The notes under the pieces: model-generated
The model's input: the letters and a program-made list of their open reading frames with translations, nothing else
The model's database searches: none
What the model was told of the DNA's origin: nothing
Made by a program: the position numbers and the translations under genes
Part shown: in pieces, positions 49,501 through 58,788 of the stretch
How the letters are laid out: each line of letters starts with the position of its first letter
Position numbering within the stretch: position 1 is the stretch's first letter
From: a bacterium
GTDB taxonomy: Bacteria; Electryoneota; Electryoneia; Electryoneales; Electryoneaceae
Direction of reading: 5' to 3'
Length of the DNA: 64,000 nt
Assembly (NCBI GenBank): GCA_963669175.1
Contig: OY769902.1
Span: 4,640,001 to 4,704,000 of the forward strand

Positions 49501-49587
49501 AGTTGGCGCTAACTGGCAGAACAGCATGGCGGGAAATATCAGGGCCATGACAAAGGAATAACAAAGAATGTTGGTAGAATTCCGCAT
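46552..49587 (-). CDS. VIT-domain / vWA-like / TPR / DUF2135 (YfaP-like) exported protein
   Basis: FYNPNNRILEGELIFPL, DPALVE, LWDESGSM, RPEEPQSYRDL, DMDLWVTDP, GYGPEEY. Confidence 0.85.
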   Translation of the reverse strand: MRNSTNILCYSFVMALIFPAMLFCQLAPTLQVTDGDGKLDDILLNDMKIDISVAPPLSTTRIEMTFYNPNNRILEGELIFPLAPGETINYLAYEIDGVLREASVVEKEKGRVVFETLVREGIDPALVEHVEGNVFRTRIYPVPAKGSKRIVIGFDQALTVRENATEYLLTFDADIVMKKCSIRAEVFSGETLPVPHEETNGFDRQLFNQWQQAWVAEAEYTNFSLKNARYGFKVVNDNPDQPVCLLETGGDGNTYFYFRTPVSLPSGQREVPHDILILWDESGSMTERDLEWELALLKAYYRDLEHVRFTLVPFRNQVEAAEYYPVHTYAEWEGFEKRLRNTAYDGGSTPGAIKFNSYECDEALLFSDLFTTIGPEQMPDSRYPVHVIASTAQFNTLAGQRIAARSGGSLLTSAKFPNTQECLNQLREVHPHRHNASVKSGKVDRLTFGADSEISGTLSFSGILQSGKAKIEVSFVAGDGQLIDQVYTLSDDNIVDVHGAVVRTWAQMEIARLEATPGDHRSVITGIAKEYGLVTEHTSLMVLDRVEDYVRFDVKPPDDLKDACEELIASQKREKENDKKAHLEHVFAMWQERIRWYETEFPSKVSMYPEEKEHLGRDPNDPLFAESLMEEEAEAVYWSGEDGGISTTSQDFDGPGSGNNEVRPLRMSREGAASLGGSATGGSGSRASSVSGQTETAEDEMHATATIKLAPWQPDSPYMNAIKEADPDDVYAAYLSFRSQNVNSTAFFLDVSDHLVKLGKPELGLRVLSNLAEMELENHELLRILGKRLQQLDQNDLAISIFEKVLEIRPEEPQSYRDLGLAYADAGQYQQAIDTLYVAVERPWDDRFPGIEIIILTELNNILGTCGEKLDMSRIDKRFIRNLVLDLRVVLEWDADQCDMDLWVTDPSNEKCFYQHRDTRTGGYMTNDFTMGYGPEEYVIRKALNGDYRVQVNYYGNHRQTLAGQTTITIHLFTGYGTGSQQVQEVTRRLDAGGEVVEVGAFSVEGTTGKE

Positions 49588-49854
49588 TGTATCCTCCCGC
49601 ACTATGTAGTCAGGGTAATCGGTTTATACCATATCAAGCAATCTGCGGTCCAGAATATTGACCACATGTAATCTATTAACAATCAAAATCTTACTTCTTT
49701 AAATTGCGCAACTTCAATGTGTAATCTATGATGAGTACTTTACACCCTGTCAACCACTGTCAACATCCTGCACCGAGAACAGGGTGTAGTCGCAATCTGA
49801 ATTCTTCAATATAAAGCAGTTCTCGATTTTATTCCGTCAAAATAGAGATTGTCG

Positions 49855-50045
49855 GGAAAAGGGGACGGGATCCTTTTCCTCTCACTTTTACGGAATACTC
49901 CTGAAGTATTCCTGGAAAAGGTAACTGTCCCCTTTTCCGTGTAATTCCTACCTGCTCTCAAGAAAAAGGGTATTGCCACCTTTCCCGGTTCATGCTCAGA
50001 CCGTAAAGGCTTTACCCCAGGGAAAGGAGGCAGTCCCCTTTTTCC
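49855..50045. repeat. Four palindromes of the GGAAAAGG...CCTTTTCC type
   Basis: Copies at 49855, 49914, 49961 and 50021. Confidence 0.75.
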
Positions 50046-50298
50046 ATATCCTTTATCCCAACTATATAGTTGAGCTTTTTACTGATATAGCACATGCCCC
50101 AATGACGGATTAATAATGGGAAGCGCTATAAGTCAGACAGAAGTGTCATATCTTCTTGACAGCAGGCAGCTTTCATTGTATGATCATGCACACATTTCTT
50201 TTGAATAGTTAAAAGTCTCTCGCAATTCCTGCTAAAGAATTGGGGTTTGTACATAAAATGCGCTATATTTGGCTTTTTGGTTTTCACTGGCAGGTACG

Positions 50299-51312
50299 AT
50301 GCAAAAACGTAAAGTCCTGATCGCAGAAGATGACGCCATGGTCGCCACGGTGATTGAGAAGACACTTCTCCTCAATGACTACGAGGTGAAAGTCTGTAGC
50401 GATGGACGCGAAGCCTTGACCACCATGCAGTTTTTCAAGCCAGATCTGGTTTTGACAGACTGGATGATGCCACGCATGGATGGTATTGAGCTGATGCGTC
50501 AGATTCGCCAGACATACAAACCATCCCCCATCATCGTCATGCTTACTGCGATCGGAACTCCGCAAGCTCGCCAGCATGCCCTGTCCTGCGGGGCGGATGG
50601 TTTCCTTTCGAAACCCTGCAAAGCCCGTGAACTGATTGACTGCCTGGCTGACTTGTTCACACGGAATGAACAAGCTGTACCCACGCTGGAAGATATTCAA
50701 CTGCCACCCAGATCAGCCAGCGTTCCTCCTTATGTATGTGTGGGGATCGTTACCAGCACGGGCGGTCCTACTGTCTTAAACAATCTGGTAAAAACACTTC
50801 CCGCATTACCCGATGCGGCCCTGGTTATTGTTGTGCATGCACCGAGCTGGGTGATTACAGAGCTACAGCACACCATGCAGCGTCGCACCTCCATGCGTGT
50901 AATCATGGCAGAACAGGACACAGAACTGCAACCTGGCACGATTTATCTTGCGCCCTGTACGGCAGAAGTTGTGCTTCAGAATTCTCCCCCAAGCTTTGAC
51001 CTGCGAATGGCCGTGGCTGAAGAAGAAGAATCATTTGTCCCCTCTGCTGATCCCCTTTTCAAGAGTATTGCGGAAATTTTCGGGCGGAACTGTATTGGCG
51101 TAGTCCTGACAGGGATGGGTAAAGATGGCGCGCATGGCAGCCGGTTTATTACTGCTGCGGGTGGAGAAGTTTATGTGCAGGATCCAGCCAGTACACCGGC
51201 ATCGGGAATGCCTGCAACTGTACTCGAAACCAACCCGGCAGCGATCTCATTGCCGGTAGCGGAGTTGCCGGAAGCCATTGCGAATCGTATTGATATGCTG
51301 GTCAACCGCTGA
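50299..51312 (+). CDS. REC + CheB-type methylesterase
   Basis: Receiver domain (EDD, TDWMMP, KP) and CheB triad TSTGG / VVH / LTGMGKDG. Confidence 0.85.
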   Translation: MQKRKVLIAEDDAMVATVIEKTLLLNDYEVKVCSDGREALTTMQFFKPDLVLTDWMMPRMDGIELMRQIRQTYKPSPIIVMLTAIGTPQARQHALSCGADGFLSKPCKARELIDCLADLFTRNEQAVPTLEDIQLPPRSASVPPYVCVGIVTSTGGPTVLNNLVKTLPALPDAALVIVVHAPSWVITELQHTMQRRTSMRVIMAEQDTELQPGTIYLAPCTAEVVLQNSPPSFDLRMAVAEEEESFVPSADPLFKSIAEIFGRNCIGVVLTGMGKDGAHGSRFITAAGGEVYVQDPASTPASGMPATVLETNPAAISLPVAELPEAIANRIDMLVNR

Positions 51313-51324
51313 GAATACCACTCA

Positions 51325-51780
51325 TCAGCCCCCGAAAAGCCGTGCAAGAACTTCACGCCTGTAGTCGAAGATATATTCAAGCTGTTTCCTGATATAGATG
51401 CGATGGACCAGATCTCCAATGATTCCAAATGGGAGCACGTAACGCACACGGTCCGTCATCATTGTCCCCCCACCGACCTCCATGAATGCATGGGTATGAT
51501 GCCACATCAGGTACGGCCCTTTCAACTGTTCATCGACGAACATGTTAGGGGGCTGGTACTCTGATATCAGCGTTCGCCAGTGCATCGGGACACCGGAAAG
51601 ACGAATGATATAATCAATCAGTCGTCCTTTGTGTATGGAAAATGGAAGAGGTGTCAGGATGGTAAACCGCATGGACGAAGGCGTAATTTTTCCCAGGTTT
51701 TCCGGAGCCTGAAAGAATGCGAACACCCTGTCTATCGGACGTGGAATGAACTGACGTCGTCGCAATGTATATACTCGCAT
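51325..51780 (-). CDS. SRPBCC-family protein
   Basis: FFQAPENLGKITP, FVDEQLKGPY..WHHTHAF, IFDYR. Confidence 0.85.
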   Translation of the reverse strand: MRVYTLRRRQFIPRPIDRVFAFFQAPENLGKITPSSMRFTILTPLPFSIHKGRLIDYIIRLSGVPMHWRTLISEYQPPNMFVDEQLKGPYLMWHHTHAFMEVGGGTMMTDRVRYVLPFGIIGDLVHRIYIRKQLEYIFDYRREVLARLFGG

Positions 51781-52009
51781 GATCAATCCCTCCATGTCTC
51801 TTTTTGAAACATCATCGTTCTGTGAAAGTAGAATAACAAATACTGTACCAGACTTCAAAAGTGGATTTTGCATTCTTTTGTAAAATGGGAACCCTCCGGC
51901 ATTCTCTTGCGTAGTAATATCATCTGATACTTTCATGATTTTACATTTTAGGTTGAGCCGGAAAAGCGAACCGGTGTATATTCTTCAGCCGGTATACGGG
52001 GAGGAGTGT

Positions 52010-54550
52010 GTGCTGAAGAAATTGTTCCAGGGTGTCATTGTAACCATTGGCGTCTTCCTTTTACTCTATCAATTGGTCTTCTTCACACGTGAAGCCACGA
52101 TGGTTATAGCGTGGCTCAACTCCGGTTCGATCGGGCTGCAAGTCAGGGCTACCACACCCCCTGAAAACCCAACGGATACGCTGTGGGCGATTTCAGATGT
52201 CGACACCACAGCATTCCCCTTTGATATTTATCCGGTAGTCGGTGATATCCTTCTCGCAGCTATTCCTGAAGAAGGTGATACACTTTCTCCGAACCAGTTT
52301 TCAACGACAATCCATCCACAGCATAAATCCTATACACTTATACTGGAGCGGAATGGCACGACCATACCTGTTTCAGCAACTGCCAGAACCCGTGAATTTA
52401 TTGATGTAGGTTCCACGGTTGCTGTTGAGGTGCTTCGTGTGCTCATTGCGATCAGTTATCTCCTGGTGGGAATGTGGGCGTTTTACAAAAGGCCGGATTC
52501 AGGAGGGGTGCGAGCGCTTGCTCTGTTCAGTTTTGGCATGTCTGCTTTTATGATCACCGGGGTTCAAGCCATGGGTGGGCTTTATGCAGCCTATGATATC
52601 CCCTTTGATCAATATCTCCGGATTCCGCTCACCATGCTTACAGTCTGTTTTGGCGGTTTCTGGCTCAACCTCCAATTCTATTTCCCGCGACCATTTCGAA
52701 TTATCCGGAAACATCCCCTGCTCGGACACCTGGTCATATATTCGCCCCAGATTGCGGCTGCCGTATACAGTACTGTCGGTTGGTTGCAGGACAAGCCAAT
52801 GCCCGGTCTTCTGTTTACAGCGACCATTGCAACCCAGATGGTCCTGGGATTCACTATCCTTGTTATTCGAAGGATACGTACCGAAACCCCGCTCGAAAGA
52901 CGTCAGATTACCCTGGTATTATATGGCAGCGGTTTCGGCCTTGGCATCCTCTTCCTGCTGATCCTGTTTAACCTTGCTTTCCCGGCCTTGTCTGACATGG
53001 TGCCAGGTCCGGTAATGCTGTTCCTGATCAATTTTATTTTCCTCGCACTGTTGCTGTCGCCGTTGTCTTTTGCCTATGCGTTCGGCCGATATCGCTTGAT
53101 GGAAGTTGAGGGGCAGCTTCGCCGTGGCACACGGAATGCCCTGATTTCATCCGTATTGCTGGTCATTCTTGTTCTGATCGTTTACGGCGTCAGCGAAACC
53201 CTGCTGCATACCTTGAGCGTGGAGAGTCGTACTGCAACCATGTTTGTCACACTGGTTCTCGCGCTGGGCTTTATTCCTGCACACCGGTTCAGCCGTACCC
53301 AGATCGAGCGCCGCTTATACCCGGAACGCAACCGCTTGAAAGAGCTGGTCAATGACTTCCTGCGCTCTACTGCATCCATGCCTGACCGTGCTACCCTGTG
53401 GCTTCGCCTGGAAGACCAGTTGCGTACAGCGATGGGAATCAACAGTGTCATTCCGATACTGAGACATGAAACAGGTGACGACATGACCTTGGCGCACGGC
53501 GAGCAGGTTCCTTTCTCCGTGAATGACTCTGTATGCCAGTTCATTGAACGGACCAAACGTCCACTCCTGGTGGATGAAATGCTCGCAGCAGGGAAAGTCG
53601 ATGTCAACCCTGAAACACGATTGTGGTTGCGAAAAAACGACATCGCTCTTCTTCTCCCGATGACTGTTCAATCAAAGCTGACCGGCTTGCTCGGTATCTG
53701 TTTCGAGGGTGGCCGTGAAGATATGGCGGCGGAAGACTTGAACATGTTGGCTTCCCTGGTTACCCAGGTTGGTTTGCAAAGTGAGAACCTGCGCCTGCTG
53801 GAAGAGAACTTTGACAAGAAGCGTCTTGAAGAACAACTCCATATGGCAAGGAAAGTACAGGAACGCTTTCTCCCCAGGGAATTACCGGATACGCCAGGCC
53901 TGGAAGTCTTCGCCCAATGCCAGTTTTCGCTGGAAGTTGCAGGCGACTATTATGATGTTATTGATCTTCCCGGAAACAGGACTCTGATGGCAGTCGGTGA
54001 CGTATCCGGCAAAGGCGCCGGCGCTGCCATGATCATGGCCAATATGCAGGCGGCGTTACGTACCCTGACCGGGCTGGATATTGACCTGTCCGATGTGGTC
54101 GCACGTGTCAACGACATGATCTGGCGCAATACGGACCCGGAACAGTACATCACGTTCTTCGTAGCCATTTTTAACCCGGAGAACTCGACCCTGACCTATG
54201 TAAATGCCGGTCACAATCCCCCTATGATTATTCATGCAGACCGAAGTGTAACTCTCCTGGAAACAGGTGGTCCGATCTTGGGCGCCATCCCTGAAATGCC
54301 ATACCAGGCAAGCCAGGAAATCATGCAAGCGGGCGACTTGATGGTGACCTACACGGATGGCGTGACCGAAGCGATGAATGAGCTTGACGTGGAATTCGGC
54401 GAGGAACGTCTGCTGGAATTGATCCTGGGAAACCGGACATCTGACCTGTCAGGTCTTGTTCAACTGATTCATCAACGAGTATCTGCGTTTACCAATTCAA
54501 AAGGACAGTTTGCCGACGATTTCACATTGCTGCTGGCAAGGAAGAAGTAG
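52010..54550 (+). CDS. Membrane PP2C/SpoIIE (RsbU-like) phosphatase with a GAF-like domain
   Basis: Multiple TM helices, VAGDYYD, GDVSGKG, NAGHNPP, YTDGVTE, DDFT. GTG start after GGAGGAG. Confidence 0.9.
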   Translation: MLKKLFQGVIVTIGVFLLLYQLVFFTREATMVIAWLNSGSIGLQVRATTPPENPTDTLWAISDVDTTAFPFDIYPVVGDILLAAIPEEGDTLSPNQFSTTIHPQHKSYTLILERNGTTIPVSATARTREFIDVGSTVAVEVLRVLIAISYLLVGMWAFYKRPDSGGVRALALFSFGMSAFMITGVQAMGGLYAAYDIPFDQYLRIPLTMLTVCFGGFWLNLQFYFPRPFRIIRKHPLLGHLVIYSPQIAAAVYSTVGWLQDKPMPGLLFTATIATQMVLGFTILVIRRIRTETPLERRQITLVLYGSGFGLGILFLLILFNLAFPALSDMVPGPVMLFLINFIFLALLLSPLSFAYAFGRYRLMEVEGQLRRGTRNALISSVLLVILVLIVYGVSETLLHTLSVESRTATMFVTLVLALGFIPAHRFSRTQIERRLYPERNRLKELVNDFLRSTASMPDRATLWLRLEDQLRTAMGINSVIPILRHETGDDMTLAHGEQVPFSVNDSVCQFIERTKRPLLVDEMLAAGKVDVNPETRLWLRKNDIALLLPMTVQSKLTGLLGICFEGGREDMAAEDLNMLASLVTQVGLQSENLRLLEENFDKKRLEEQLHMARKVQERFLPRELPDTPGLEVFAQCQFSLEVAGDYYDVIDLPGNRTLMAVGDVSGKGAGAAMIMANMQAALRTLTGLDIDLSDVVARVNDMIWRNTDPEQYITFFVAIFNPENSTLTYVNAGHNPPMIIHADRSVTLLETGGPILGAIPEMPYQASQEIMQAGDLMVTYTDGVTEAMNELDVEFGEERLLELILGNRTSDLSGLVQLIHQRVSAFTNSKGQFADDFTLLLARKK

Positions 54551-54552
54551 AA

Positions 54553-56670
54553 CTAAACCATTCCGGTCCTTGTACGGATAAACCATTCAATCCCCAGCAA
54601 CAGCGCAATAATCACCAGTGTCTGCCAGATTCCGAATGGTGTCCACGCACCTTTCACTGTTATCGTTCCAAACTTGCTGGGCAGCAGTTCATCCAGTTCG
54701 CCGATCCTGTCCGGTGTCAACATGCTACCATCGGTCGCTTGCGCCAGCGACCTCAGACGATCCGGGCGCATTCTTCGCTCCACCGTTTCCACATCAAAAT
54801 CGTCAACCACAAATGGCGCTGTCCTGCTAACAGATTCCGTTTGCGACAGGTTTATCGTAGCCTCGGCGGAATAGTCCCCAGTCCCCCAGGCGGGCAATGA
54901 AACACGATAGATCCCTTCGCCCTGCCCGACGAGAATGACTGTCCTGCTTTCGCTTCCATGAGTAACCTGCGCGGATACTTCCAGGCTGTCCAAGGGACGT
55001 AATGCAGAATCACGTACACGCGCCCGCAACTGAATCTCCTCGCCACCGGTGAAAAGATCCTTGACCGGTTCGAAGAGAACATTCTGCATATCTTCTTCCG
55101 CGGTCAGCCAGCGCAGGGTGCGATCCCACAGCATTTTATACCCATTCCCGCCCGGATCTGCCGAGCGACGTCCCAAATCCCATTTCCATAAATCTTCCGC
55201 AAGCCAGATCAGGGTCCGTGGCAGTGTTTCCGATTCAACCACCACCGGCCGTTCCGGATCACTCGATGCAGCGGCAATTGTTCGTCCACTTTTGGGAATA
55301 AGCGTTGCGAGACGTAGTGGCGGCGGTGATACTGCGCTTTCTTCGAACCACGTTCCATCCAGGGTAAAGAGCGGATGTCTGCTGATCGGCATGGGCACAA
55401 TATTGTCCATTGAACGTGCGCCCTTGATGCCATCGAACCGTGTTCCAAGCATGGCAATGCTCTGCATATCCGGGTTGGTCCCCGTGATAACTGCCAGGGG
55501 CAATCCAGATTCCACAACCTGGGTTACAGCCTGCCTGATTGCTGGCGACACACCCGGGAAGGGCAACACCACAGCAGCATCAAATTCGGAACGATTGATG
55601 ACGGCCGGAATTGCGCCCCGAATCATTTTCCTACCCGGACCACCACCGACAACAAGTACAGCATCCGTATCCGCGTCTTTTTCAAGGGTTCTGATCAGGA
55701 AAGAAGCGTCGGGGCTGGGACCGCCTGCCAGGAAAAGAATGCGTCTTTTCCGGTCTTCAATCTTGATAGTTGTCCGACGGCTGTTATTCCCGGTGTCAGC
55801 TTCTCTTTCCACACTTTCAACCTCAACAATGAAGCTCTGCAGCCCACCGGTTGCGGGTGTTGTCGCAAAGCGGACAACCTGTTCATCCCATTCACGAGTG
55901 AAATGAATCGTCTCTTCAGCTATACGGTTACCTTTGGCATCTTTCAGGTATACCTGAACCTGTTGGTTTTGAAGCTGCGATCCTCGAATCATCGCCTCGA
56001 GAACCACTTCTTCACCGGCATAGCCTCTTTCAGGCGCATCAACAGCGGCAATAACAACATCTCGTGGCGCAGAACTGTCCCCTATGGCGATAACATATAC
56101 CGGGCATCCCAGCCTCTTCGCATCCGTTTCCGGAGCTCCGCCATGGTTCACCGCACCGTCCGAAAAAAGTACAACGGCATCCGGAGCGCCACCCGGATCG
56201 TGGGCAAGTGTCTGGAATGCTTGTGAGAAATCTGTTCCCGGCCCATCGGCATCAGGAACATTGCCACGTTTCATACCTGTCGTTTCCAGGTCGAAAACGA
56301 AGCGTTTAATGTCTCGTTTTTCTTTAATCGTTTCCCAAACCGGGTGAGACAACGCCTCTTCAACCTGTTTGTATCGATTCCCGGACTGATCTGTCAATCC
56401 CATACTGGCGCTTTTGTCAACCAGAACAGATACCCGGCTCTTTCTCGGATATTCATTCTGCCAGCGAAGCTCAAATCCGGTGAGTAAAAACCAGATTCCC
56501 AGCAATGCCAATCCCCGTAAAACTGCCAGAATACCACGTACCCAGGCGGGCATGGGCGGGCGTGTCCAGCGATAGCTCCAAAGCGCCCCAGCGAAGAGTG
56601 CAACGGCTACCAGGACTGTCCAGCCGATACCGATTGTGGAATGCAGGGTAATTGACAGGGGGACAAGCAT
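54553..56670 (-). CDS. vWA-domain membrane protein
   Basis: Two N-terminal TM helices, VDKSASM, FSDG, C-terminal LLGIEWFIR. Confidence 0.75.
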   Translation of the reverse strand: MLVPLSITLHSTIGIGWTVLVAVALFAGALWSYRWTRPPMPAWVRGILAVLRGLALLGIWFLLTGFELRWQNEYPRKSRVSVLVDKSASMGLTDQSGNRYKQVEEALSHPVWETIKEKRDIKRFVFDLETTGMKRGNVPDADGPGTDFSQAFQTLAHDPGGAPDAVVLFSDGAVNHGGAPETDAKRLGCPVYVIAIGDSSAPRDVVIAAVDAPERGYAGEEVVLEAMIRGSQLQNQQVQVYLKDAKGNRIAEETIHFTREWDEQVVRFATTPATGGLQSFIVEVESVEREADTGNNSRRTTIKIEDRKRRILFLAGGPSPDASFLIRTLEKDADTDAVLVVGGGPGRKMIRGAIPAVINRSEFDAAVVLPFPGVSPAIRQAVTQVVESGLPLAVITGTNPDMQSIAMLGTRFDGIKGARSMDNIVPMPISRHPLFTLDGTWFEESAVSPPPLRLATLIPKSGRTIAAASSDPERPVVVESETLPRTLIWLAEDLWKWDLGRRSADPGGNGYKMLWDRTLRWLTAEEDMQNVLFEPVKDLFTGGEEIQLRARVRDSALRPLDSLEVSAQVTHGSESRTVILVGQGEGIYRVSLPAWGTGDYSAEATINLSQTESVSRTAPFVVDDFDVETVERRMRPDRLRSLAQATDGSMLTPDRIGELDELLPSKFGTITVKGAWTPFGIWQTLVIIALLLGIEWFIRTRTGMV

Positions 56671-57677
56671 TACGCCATCTCTCCGGTCAGTTCGAGGTTG
56701 GGGTTCGCTTCAAGGGTCAGCGGGTCACTGCCCTGTTCTGCCAGTTTCCGGGCGCCTAACCAAGCGATCATGGCTCCGTTATCCGTGCACCATTCAGACG
56801 GTGGGGCAATCAGTCTGATTCCGGCTTTATTGGCAATGGTAGCAGCTTTTTTCCGCAATAACTTATTGGCTGCCACTCCACCACCCAGAATCAGGCTCTT
56901 CGCTTCTACCTGTTTCAACGCCAGTTCAATACGTGAGGTCAACTGTTTCACAACTGCAACCTGGAACGAAGCAGCGAGGTCGGCTTTCCATTCTTTGCCG
57001 GATTCATTACGCATCTGCTCGACTTCACGAAGCGCGGCCGTTTTCAAGCCACTGAAAGAGAAATCCAGGGGACGGTCGGTCACTGCCACAGGCATACGGA
57101 ATCGTTTGGGATTTCCCTTTTCCGCCAGGCGTCCCATCTGCGCACCGGCAGGATAAGCCAAGCCAAGCAGGCCACCTACTTTATCAAAAGCTTCCCCGGC
57201 TGCATCATCCAATGTGCCGCCAAGATACTCATAGCGTCCAAATTCAAGAATATGAATCAGCTCAGTGTGTCCACCGGAAACCAGCACTGCCAGCGCCGGC
57301 AATGGCATCTCTTCTCCGGCAGCGGCCGATGCCCAGAGATGCCCTTCCAGATGATTTACGCCTATGAACGGAAGATGATTTGATACAGCCAGTCCTTTTG
57401 CGTAGCTGACCCCAACGAGCAAGGCTCCAATCAAGCCGGGACCATAGGTAACCGCGATGCCATCCAATTCAGAGAAGCTCCACCCGGAATCCTGCATAAT
57501 TTCGTCTACCATCCGTGACAGGGTTTTCTGATGCAGCCTTGAAGCGAGTTCCGGCACCACCCCACCCCACCGGGCATGGACTTCCTGGGTAGCAATCCGG
57601 GTTGCTACAACCTGACTAGCCTGAACCAGCGCAACGCCTGTTTCGTCACATGATGTCTCGATTCCGAGAACTTTCAC
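56670..57677 (-). CDS. tsaD: tRNA threonylcarbamoyltransferase TsaD
   Basis: GIETSCDET, VPELASR, NHLEGH, VSGGHT, DDAAGEAFDK, TDNGAMIA. Confidence 0.97.
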   Translation of the reverse strand: MKVLGIETSCDETGVALVQASQVVATRIATQEVHARWGGVVPELASRLHQKTLSRMVDEIMQDSGWSFSELDGIAVTYGPGLIGALLVGVSYAKGLAVSNHLPFIGVNHLEGHLWASAAAGEEMPLPALAVLVSGGHTELIHILEFGRYEYLGGTLDDAAGEAFDKVGGLLGLAYPAGAQMGRLAEKGNPKRFRMPVAVTDRPLDFSFSGLKTAALREVEQMRNESGKEWKADLAASFQVAVVKQLTSRIELALKQVEAKSLILGGGVAANKLLRKKAATIANKAGIRLIAPPSEWCTDNGAMIAWLGARKLAEQGSDPLTLEANPNLELTGEMA

Positions 57678-57766
57678 TACAACTCCCACTCTCGCAACAG
57701 CTTACTGCTGAATTGTGTTTACCTGTTTCCGGAAGGATGCGTTATTATGCCAGTCGATTCATTCGT

Positions 57767-58714
57767 TCAGGGTGTGTTCACTTCAACTACGATACGCACT
57801 TTTTCCGGATTCGATTGCACCCACTCGATACCTTCCGGAAGGTTGAACTCAGGAACACACTCTCTTGTTTCAGGATTCCATTTGGAGAAATCAACATAGA
57901 CCTGAATCGAATCTGCGGTCAATCGTGCCAGACGTTTGGCCGGTCCACTCACACGCATGTCCAGCTCGGGAGGGTCAATGGCGAGGTTACTGTCATGAGG
58001 CAAACGAATAACACCAATTTTAATAGTTTTAATGTCCCGCTCCGCAATCTTGTCCATTTCAGCAACCAGCGTTACCATCCCAGGTTGTGCAGACAAATGC
58101 AGTGAGTCCGGCAGGGACAGGGCAATCTCTTCACGAATTGATTTTTTTACATCCTTCGCTTTATAAGACTCGGTTGTGATAGTTTGCATACGCCGCACAA
58201 TGCTACGCGGACCTGTTATCGTACAGGTATCCGGCAACACATAGGGCTCGGTAGCAAACGTATACCCCGGGTGAGGATCTACATCAATATTCGGGACAAT
58301 ACGTACTCGTCGAACCAACATGTCTTCGAGAACGACCTTTACCGTTTCCGGGCTGATAACCGTCATCGGGATGGCTTCAAGATCAGGTGACAGAATGACC
58401 TGGTTGACCCGTAACGGGTAATCATAAAAATGCTGAATGGTCTCCATATTTAATTCCAGGCGAGGCTTTGATACATACTGCATCAGGATCAGATCCTTGC
58501 CGGTGCCTGTGAACCGCACTTTCACATGCTCCGGAATTTCGGATACAATCAGCTTCCCATCCTGAACATTGATAGGAATAAGATCAACACTTACAACAGT
58601 TTCATAGCTTTTATTGATAACAACAAATCCCCATAACAGCACAGCCAGAAAAAACAGGTACAGCTTGACCTGCCACTGGTGACTCAACCGTTTTAGAATT
58701 CGTTTGAAATCCAC
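57767..58714 (-). CDS. CdaR/YbbR-like protein
   Basis: N-terminal TM (LAVLLWGFV) and three YbbR-like repeats (V.V..GP). Confidence 0.8.
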   Translation of the reverse strand: MDFKRILKRLSHQWQVKLYLFFLAVLLWGFVVINKSYETVVSVDLIPINVQDGKLIVSEIPEHVKVRFTGTGKDLILMQYVSKPRLELNMETIQHFYDYPLRVNQVILSPDLEAIPMTVISPETVKVVLEDMLVRRVRIVPNIDVDPHPGYTFATEPYVLPDTCTITGPRSIVRRMQTITTESYKAKDVKKSIREEIALSLPDSLHLSAQPGMVTLVAEMDKIAERDIKTIKIGVIRLPHDSNLAIDPPELDMRVSGPAKRLARLTADSIQVYVDFSKWNPETRECVPEFNLPEGIEWVQSNPEKVRIVVEVNTP

Positions 58715-58788
58715 TTTCCTGCCTGAATGTTGTCCGAAATCATCTGTATTGTATGGTTCCGAAAAAGAACATCATCAATTGACCGGCA

